From the IMG/VR virus record IMGVR_UViG_3300022198_000015: a stretch of DNA of 64,000 nucleotides. One strand, written 5' to 3'. Below the pieces are notes generated by a model, which was not told the origin of the DNA, did no database searches, and saw nothing but the letters and a program-made list of their open reading frames with translations. Within the stretch, counting starts at the first letter, position 1. Each line of letters starts with the position of its first letter. The position numbers were made by a program, and so were the translations under genes. This document shows positions 58,115-64,000 of this stretch, one piece after another. The DNA is from an uncultured virus (IMG/VR IMGVR_UViG_3300022198_000015). Its lineage: Duplodnaviria > Heunggongvirae > Uroviricota > Caudoviricetes.

Positions 58115-59395
58115 TCACCAAGTATTTAAAGGGCTACGTACCCACGTATTAGTGGCCGTGCATACGTACACATAAGAACTATCATACCTGATCTCTCCTG
58201 TTGAACCTGTATCAGTAGCACTAGTTGGGGCCGCTGTATTAGTTATCTTTTTACCTGTAATATCACCAAGAATAAATTGTGAGGTGGCTCCATCCCAAAC
58301 TAAAGTTTGCCCATTTGAAGGAATTCCAGTTATATTTACGTCTGAATGTTCTTTTATGCTATAAATTAATGTAGGACTAGTAACTGAACTACTAGGAACT
58401 TCTACTAAAGGAGGGGTAAAATCTGTAGTATATCTAGCTACTGCTTTTGTTATTCTAAAGTCATCTATATATCCTTTAAATCCTACAGAAGTGACAGTAT
58501 TAGTTGTCGTACTAGTACCCAGATACATAATAGGCGGACTAGATGAATATATAGGTAAGCTACCATTTGCAGTATCTTCAGCTATTTTAACGCCATTAAT
58601 ATAAACGCGCACAGAAGTACTATCTTTACATGCCGATAAATAAACCCAAGTATTAACTGGAATGCTGTTTCTAAAAGCCGTAGGAGGGGATAAACTTGCT
58701 GAAGGAGCTGAGCCTGAATAACTCCAAGTAACTACTGGATAATATGTAGTAGAGGTACTCTTAACAAAATATATTGAAAAAGGAATAGAGTAGAAAAACT
58801 GCATATTAGTGGAACTAGTAGCTTCTACATATACCCATGTGTCTATAGTTAAACCAGCAGACCCGAAAGGAAATCCTTGATTATTAGCAGCAAGTACTCG
58901 TAAACCTTGAGCCGTAGCTATAGTATTGTTAAAAAATCCTGAAGTATAACCGTATTTAACTTGTGTTGTAGAATGTATAGGAGTTCCTTGTATAGTTAAA
59001 GGCGTATTAAAACTACTAGAGTCATTAAAATTACTAGTCCCAGCTACTCCATTAAACTTCAAAAGTAATGTAACATCGTCATAATAAGTATCTGTACTAG
59101 GGTCTAAATAACCAATAACAGGACCAGGAACCCATTCATTTGTGTTACTATTATATATTAATGTGGTGCCTTCGCTAGGAGTACTGGAAATATTAACATC
59201 AGCTATATCATTAATACTAATAGGTTCTACTTCTACATATAAAAGACTGTTCCAAAGTGAGTTACCATCACCTATTTTAACTTTATTAGTATCGCTTTCT
59301 ACCCCAAGTTCTCCAGCTAGTAATAAAGGATTTACAGTAGCCCAATTCGCTGCTGTATCATATCTTTGTTGCTGCCGAGCATCTATAACAGTCAT
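58115..59395 (-). CDS. Fibre-like virion protein with LamG domain
   Basis: RYDTAANW...NPLLLAGELGVESDT.KVKIGDG; GYIDDFRITK.VARY; GEIRYD...WVRSPLNTW. Confidence 0.8.
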   Translation of the reverse strand: MTVIDARQQQRYDTAANWATVNPLLLAGELGVESDTNKVKIGDGNSLWNSLLYVEVEPISINDIADVNISSTPSEGTTLIYNSNTNEWVPGPVIGYLDPSTDTYYDDVTLLLKFNGVAGTSNFNDSSSFNTPLTIQGTPIHSTTQVKYGYTSGFFNNTIATAQGLRVLAANNQGFPFGSAGLTIDTWVYVEATSSTNMQFFYSIPFSIYFVKSTSTTYYPVVTWSYSGSAPSASLSPPTAFRNSIPVNTWVYLSACKDSTSVRVYINGVKIAEDTANGSLPIYSSSPPIMYLGTSTTTNTVTSVGFKGYIDDFRITKAVARYTTDFTPPLVEVPSSSVTSPTLIYSIKEHSDVNITGIPSNGQTLVWDGATSQFILGDITGKKITNTAAPTSATDTGSTGEIRYDSSYVYVCTATNTWVRSPLNTW

Positions 59396-59648
59396 TATGA
59401 AGGTAACGCTAGTGTAGTATACCTACTAAGTCAAGGCCCCAGCTGCTCTAAGAATATCTGTAGCCGGGTTGCTAGCACTCCCAGCTTGAATAAAATCTAA
59501 GATTAAAGTACTAGAATCTTTAGCTGTATACACAATATGATTTCTAGCATATAGAAGGTTACTACCTAAAAAAATCACATCAGCTTCTCTAGAGCCAAAA
59601 AAAATTTTGTAAGCTGAATTGGTACCTAACTGTATAGCAGTTGTCATA

Positions 59649-59957
59649 TCACAACACAATATACAAAGTAGCCGCATCTTTAACAGTTAAAGCTGTGTAC
59701 TCAGCTGCAGTTAAAGAGACAATATTTTTAATACGAGTTTCTCCGGTTATATTATTAGTTCTAGAAGCTATCGAAGGGATAACTACAGCATCTCCATTAT
59801 TATTTACAGTATAAATAGCTTCAGATCCTGCATCAATACCTACAACTAATTCTCCAGGTAAAATAGTATCAGGGCCAGTACTAGAAATATCACTTAATAA
59901 AGTACTTTCTGGGTCCTCACTGTATTTTAATCTAATTCGGCGTAATTCAGCAGCCAT
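59649..59957 (-). CDS. Virion protein
   Basis: C-terminal LTAAEYTALTVKDAATLYIV motif. Confidence 0.65.
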   Translation of the reverse strand: MAAELRRIRLKYSEDPESTLLSDISSTGPDTILPGELVVGIDAGSEAIYTVNNNGDAVVIPSIASRTNNITGETRIKNIVSLTAAEYTALTVKDAATLYIVL

Positions 59958-59996
59958 ACGTACTCTTAAGCTAGTTTAGTTTACCATTAACATCAC

Positions 59997-61508
59997 TTAA
60001 GCTTGAGGTAAATTAGAAGGAAAGTTAGGATCCGCATTACCAGAATTAGAATAAAAAACATCCTGCTGGTTGTAACTAAATTCAAATTTTACATTCCCCC
60101 AAGCTACTATTTCAGGAGGATCGTTTAAATTTGTATATTTTTGATAGCCTACTTTACCCGAATATGGATTGAGATAGTTCCCATTTGCATCATACACAAC
60201 AAACATATTACAATTGTTACACTCAATACTACATCCAAAATCTCCGGGATGCGTGATTACTCTAGTACTTACCCAAGGGCCTCCTTCAGAATACTCAACA
60301 CAATAATTAGGATAACTAGGAAGTAAATTTGGTGCCCGAACGGCTCCTATAGATTCCCCATTACTGACATTTACCCAATACCCTGTAAAATTATATTGTT
60401 CTGGAGGACCATACCACCCATTACCATAAACAGTACCTACAGCCCTAGCATAAACTGGAGGAGGTACATATTTTCCTGGGCAATTACTATATTTTACGCA
60501 AAGTCCTCTATCGCAATATTGACACTCACCACAATTCTGATCTTCATCACATTGAACACACCCAGGTTTTTCATTTAAAACTTCACAGCACTCATAAATA
60601 TAAATAGTTTCTCCTGTTAAATCACTTGTAATAAATCCTTTAGATGTGCAACCATCAGGTACTGATGGTCCACTCCCCGTGGTACATCCTCTACAAGCAC
60701 TGCCTCCAGGTAGGCATTCGACATCTGGGTCATAACAACGAGGGTACCATGTTCTATATGTAGGGTGACAATAAAGACCTTCTATACGACCTTTGCAAGT
60801 ATCTCTAAAATTACAACAAGTTATGTCTTCTCTTTCACCACATTCATTATTGCAATGGCAGGGTCTTTCAGCATCTGATTTTTCTTCACAAGTCCCGTCA
60901 TTACAACTAGAGCATTCTGTACAAGTATTTCTAGAGTCACACCCTTCGCCATAAGAGCCGTAACTTTCCTTTTCATTTGTACAATACTCAGAGCAGGTAC
61001 CTTCAGGTGGACAGCTGCCTGATGTGCATCGTACATTCCCAGAAGAATCTTCTCGGCAACAAGTGGCACAGGGGTTACCCTTAGACCCACTAGAAGCCGC
61101 ATCATTTACACGGGATCCTTGACCGCATCCAGCAGAATAACAACCATTCCCTGTACCAGAAGAGGACCCACATCTAGAACCACCTCCCCCATATGTTCCC
61201 GAATCTACTCCATTAGGTCCAACAGAGCAGCCTATCCCAGATGTTATAGAATAAGTATTACCTCCACCCGAAGAAACACAAGTCCCATTATTACAATAAA
61301 AACCAGCGCCACATTCTTGCGAACTTGAACACTTAGTATTAGTAGTAGCTAAATATGTTGTAGCCGTATTATCTTTTGCTCTAGAGGATAGCCCTGCAAA
61401 TATAGGACTAACCATAGAACCTATAGGGACAAAAGGCGCCCTATAAATTTCTTGTTGAACCTTATTAAACAGCTTAGGAACTATATTTTGGCTATTTCCT
61501 AGAACCAT
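59997..61508 (-). CDS. Large Cys/Gly-rich protein
   Basis: 503 aa with dozens of Cys in repeated CxxC/CxxxxxC patterns. Confidence 0.8.
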   Translation of the reverse strand: MVLGNSQNIVPKLFNKVQQEIYRAPFVPIGSMVSPIFAGLSSRAKDNTATTYLATTNTKCSSSQECGAGFYCNNGTCVSSGGGNTYSITSGIGCSVGPNGVDSGTYGGGGSRCGSSSGTGNGCYSAGCGQGSRVNDAASSGSKGNPCATCCREDSSGNVRCTSGSCPPEGTCSEYCTNEKESYGSYGEGCDSRNTCTECSSCNDGTCEEKSDAERPCHCNNECGEREDITCCNFRDTCKGRIEGLYCHPTYRTWYPRCYDPDVECLPGGSACRGCTTGSGPSVPDGCTSKGFITSDLTGETIYIYECCEVLNEKPGCVQCDEDQNCGECQYCDRGLCVKYSNCPGKYVPPPVYARAVGTVYGNGWYGPPEQYNFTGYWVNVSNGESIGAVRAPNLLPSYPNYCVEYSEGGPWVSTRVITHPGDFGCSIECNNCNMFVVYDANGNYLNPYSGKVGYQKYTNLNDPPEIVAWGNVKFEFSYNQQDVFYSNSGNADPNFPSNLPQA

Positions 61509-61512
61509 GATA

Positions 61513-61932
61513 TTAAATTGCAGCTACTATACGATACGGATTTTCTAAAGCAAAAGATGAAAATACTGGTACCCATTTTAAGAAAATAATTCTTCCAGTT
61601 TCAGGATCCGTTTCATCAATACCAGCTGGTACAGCTAAAAATAAACGAGCAGTGTAAGGTGTGACGCCAGTTACCGTAGCTTCTGGTGTCATAACATTAG
61701 TCCACATTAATTGTCCAGCATACTCAGGGTAAACTTTTAATTCATAAGTATACGTAGCTCCTCCCGAAGCACCTGTTACTTTCTCAAAAGTACTGTAAGT
61801 AACCGTAGGAGTACTTCCGATTATATTAGTTGGATAATAAGGACCCCCTTTTATAGTACTAAGTACTTTAATATTAGAGGCAACTGTATAAGGCCCTGTA
61901 GTGCCTGAAAATGTAGGAGAAATTACAGCCAT
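61513..61932 (-). CDS. Putative virion protein
   Basis: Tightly packed in late operon. Confidence 0.6.
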   Translation of the reverse strand: MAVISPTFSGTTGPYTVASNIKVLSTIKGGPYYPTNIIGSTPTVTYSTFEKVTGASGGATYTYELKVYPEYAGQLMWTNVMTPEATVTGVTPYTARLFLAVPAGIDETDPETGRIIFLKWVPVFSSFALENPYRIVAAI

Positions 61933-61933
61933 T

Positions 61934-62227
61934 TTAGTGTAAAATAAGAACTCTTTGCCCGCTAGGATCTATTACGTATAGACGAATTACATCATAACCT
62001 ACATAACCGGGTAGTTTATATATTGTTCCATACAAACTTCCAGGTTTTTTAGTATCATTTAAGACTTCATGCCCTCTTAAGCCATTACCAAAATCTGTAA
62101 TAAAAAAATTTCCAGGACCTACAGTTTGGAAAGACACATCTGTTTTTACCAAAGGAGTTACCCTATATTTAATAGTACCCGGAGGTATGGGGTTATGCTC
62201 TAATTCAGGAAGATTATAAATAGCCAT
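61934..62227 (-). CDS. Putative virion protein
   Basis: Tightly packed in late operon. Confidence 0.6.
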   Translation of the reverse strand: MAIYNLPELEHNPIPPGTIKYRVTPLVKTDVSFQTVGPGNFFITDFGNGLRGHEVLNDTKKPGSLYGTIYKLPGYVGYDVIRLYVIDPSGQRVLILH

Positions 62228-62228
62228 T

Positions 62229-62492
62229 TTATTCTATAGGAGTAAATTTGTAGCCACTTGAGTCAACAACATAAAGTAAAGCATACGTAAGGTCAGGGTT
62301 TGGATTACAAAAACTTGTAGTATTAGGATAATTTATACAAGGTATTACGACATAGGCGCACAAAGTTCCAGGTTGTCGATATTCTGAATAAGTGACTTTT
62401 GGGCTAGGTTTAAAAGTTAAAAACTCTACAGCACCGTCAACATTATCTAAAGTATCTGAAGTATCTATAATGCCGTATTTAAACTGTGCCAT
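62229..62492 (-). CDS. Putative virion protein
   Basis: Tightly packed; similar PGxL...LYVxDxSG pattern to neighbour. Confidence 0.55.
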   Translation of the reverse strand: MAQFKYGIIDTSDTLDNVDGAVEFLTFKPSPKVTYSEYRQPGTLCAYVVIPCINYPNTTSFCNPNPDLTYALLYVVDSSGYKFTPIE

Positions 62493-62494
62493 AA

Positions 62495-62755
62495 CTACCA
62501 ATCAGCGAAGTAAATACCATTTGCAAAAGTTAAAGCCACTGGCGTATTTTTAGGTATAGATTTTTTACCTAAAGGGCGCACAAAGTATGTTTTATTTTTA
62601 TATACTACTTCCCCGATACCATCGGAATTTAAACGTGCCCAAGAAGCTTTAACAGTGCCTTCAAAATCACCCATATCTGTAATGTTTTTAGGTTGTTGTA
62701 GAAAAATTTCTCTTTCTGCATAGTATAAAGCTAAACTGTCTTGAAGGGCTGTCAT
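62495..62755 (-). CDS. Putative tail-tip protein
   Basis: 86 aa OB-like pattern, late operon. Confidence 0.55.
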   Translation of the reverse strand: MTALQDSLALYYAEREIFLQQPKNITDMGDFEGTVKASWARLNSDGIGEVVYKNKTYFVRPLGKKSIPKNTPVALTFANGIYFADW

Positions 62756-62760
62756 AGTTT

Positions 62761-63477
62761 TTAATTATAGAAGCCAAAGTGTTTAATATCAAAATAAATA
62801 ACAGCTTGATTACCTCCTGATAAAGTTACTCTAGAGCTTGTTTTACTTACAGAATAGATTGTATTACTTCCTGCAGTAACGCTAGATACAAAAACATTTA
62901 AATTACCATCTCCTTGGCTACAAACTCCTGCGGTAATTAAATCCGCTTCCAAAACGGTTAATTGATCAGATACTACATAATCATAACCGGGGTATGCCAC
63001 AGAAACTGTAAATGCGGTACCACTATTGGATACAACTAAATCTACTAAAGCTTGCTTACCATTACCAAAAGTAGCAGTAGGTAAATCATTATATACACCA
63101 TCCACAGCGTTAGTAGGAGTAGCCCCAGTTGAGCCCAAAGTTAAAATATTTCCAGATCCTCTAAGTAGCACAACATGCGTAAAATATATAGGTGTAGCAC
63201 TATTATCGTGGTCAAAAATAGCTGCTTTTCTTGTTAAACTAACTCCTAAATCCGTGTAATTACTAAGGTCTGAACTTGAATACCCTATAATTTGACGATA
63301 ATAACCTCCAGAGCCTTCTGTAACCTCGGCAGTTAAAAACGTAGAATCTACAGTTGTTCCTGGGGTATAAGTAGTACCAGAACTATCAATTAAAGCTACC
63401 TCAAAATACTTATCAACATAAGCACTAGTCATTTGCGTCGTAATCTCTGTAGAGCTAATTTTAGCTGCAATAGACAT
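62761..63477 (-). CDS. Tail/baseplate structural protein
   Basis: 238 aa S/T-rich beta protein, late motif at 63504. Confidence 0.65.
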   Translation of the reverse strand: MSIAAKISSTEITTQMTSAYVDKYFEVALIDSSGTTYTPGTTVDSTFLTAEVTEGSGGYYRQIIGYSSSDLSNYTDLGVSLTRKAAIFDHDNSATPIYFTHVVLLRGSGNILTLGSTGATPTNAVDGVYNDLPTATFGNGKQALVDLVVSNSGTAFTVSVAYPGYDYVVSDQLTVLEADLITAGVCSQGDGNLNVFVSSVTAGSNTIYSVSKTSSRVTLSGGNQAVIYFDIKHFGFYN

Positions 63478-63520
63478 TTAAATTCACGGCTATAAGACTG
63501 TTCTAGTATTCCAAGAAAAA

Positions 63521-64000
63521 TTAACCAAATAAAGACGTTTGCAATACATTCGCACCTACAGTTAAAAGTATGTTGTCTGCTGATATAGGTATTCCTCCTG
63601 CACCCTCAACTGCTATCAAACCTCCAGGTTGTACAATTTGCCCTGATGTTAAACAATAAATGGTATGCTCAGCATTCGGATTTAAATCAATAATTTGTAT
63701 TCGGGCAATAATAGAAATTTCAGCTTCATCTATTGAGGCTAATTCTGCTTGTAGCCCTATTTCAATTTTAATTTCTAATACTATGCTGCCACTTTCTAGA
63801 ATATTCGCACCCAATATACTAGGTGGAGTGCTTATACCAGGAACTCCTGGTGTTCCTGCAGGATCCTCAGGATGTACTGGGCGTACATGACTACCTGTAG
63901 TATTATCACCAGGAAAATATGTGAACGAAGAAGCAACATTACCTAAAAATACTGCCTTAAAAGTTACAACTGAAGAATCTTTATCTATAGCCCAGCTACC
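63521..64000 (-). CDS. C-terminal part of a large tail protein (partial)
   Basis: Frame open to the window end. Confidence 0.55.
   Translation of the reverse strand, partial: GSWAIDKDSSVVTFKAVFLGNVASSFTYFPGDNTTGSHVRPVHPEDPAGTPGVPGISTPPSILGANILESGSIVLEIKIEIGLQAELASIDEAEISIIARIQIIDLNPNAEHTIYCLTSGQIVQPGGLIAVEGAGGIPISADNILLTVGANVLQTSLFG

Noticed and set aside
53543..61508. Diversity-generating retroelement acting on fibre genes
   Set aside because: No reverse transcriptase and no adenine-specific template/variable repeat pair seen
1..64000. Prophage or lysogeny module
   Set aside because: No integrase, repressor pair or host genes recognised in this window; the rest of the genome is unseen

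Overview
This window is most of a cyanophage genome, probably a long-tailed siphovirus infecting a phycobilisome-bearing cyanobacterium (psbA, hli, nblA-like gene, class II RNR). Virion genes lie on the minus strand at both ends: tail genes at 1-10.3 kb (tape measure, major tail, a frameshifted tail-assembly chaperone) and lysis, capsid and fibre genes at 47.8-64 kb, with psbA and hli embedded among them. A plus-strand block at 17.7-47.7 kb holds primase-helicase, three tRNAs, Sak-like annealing protein, RecE-like exonuclease, SSB, RusA, ThyX, two sigma factors, terminase, NrdJ, Dcd, portal, PolA and murein hydrolases. The standout is 10.65-16.4 kb: 14 co-oriented copies of a 33-35 bp imperfect hairpin repeat (consensus TGAGCGYGAACGGCCCGCTGGTCNWTCACGCTCA), mostly about 260-340 bp apart. 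They usually bracket one small gene each, in either orientation, and six of these genes have their stop codon inside the repeat. This looks like an integron-like or promoter-stem-loop gene-cassette array with no integrase visible in the window. Other notable items are a large origin-like inverted repeat, a pervasive late-promoter motif (WGGHANNCTA), a PilZ protein with intact c-di-GMP motifs, a degenerate LOG/SLOG protein and a PhotoRC-like psbA leader. All calls come from reading the sequence by eye; no searches were run.
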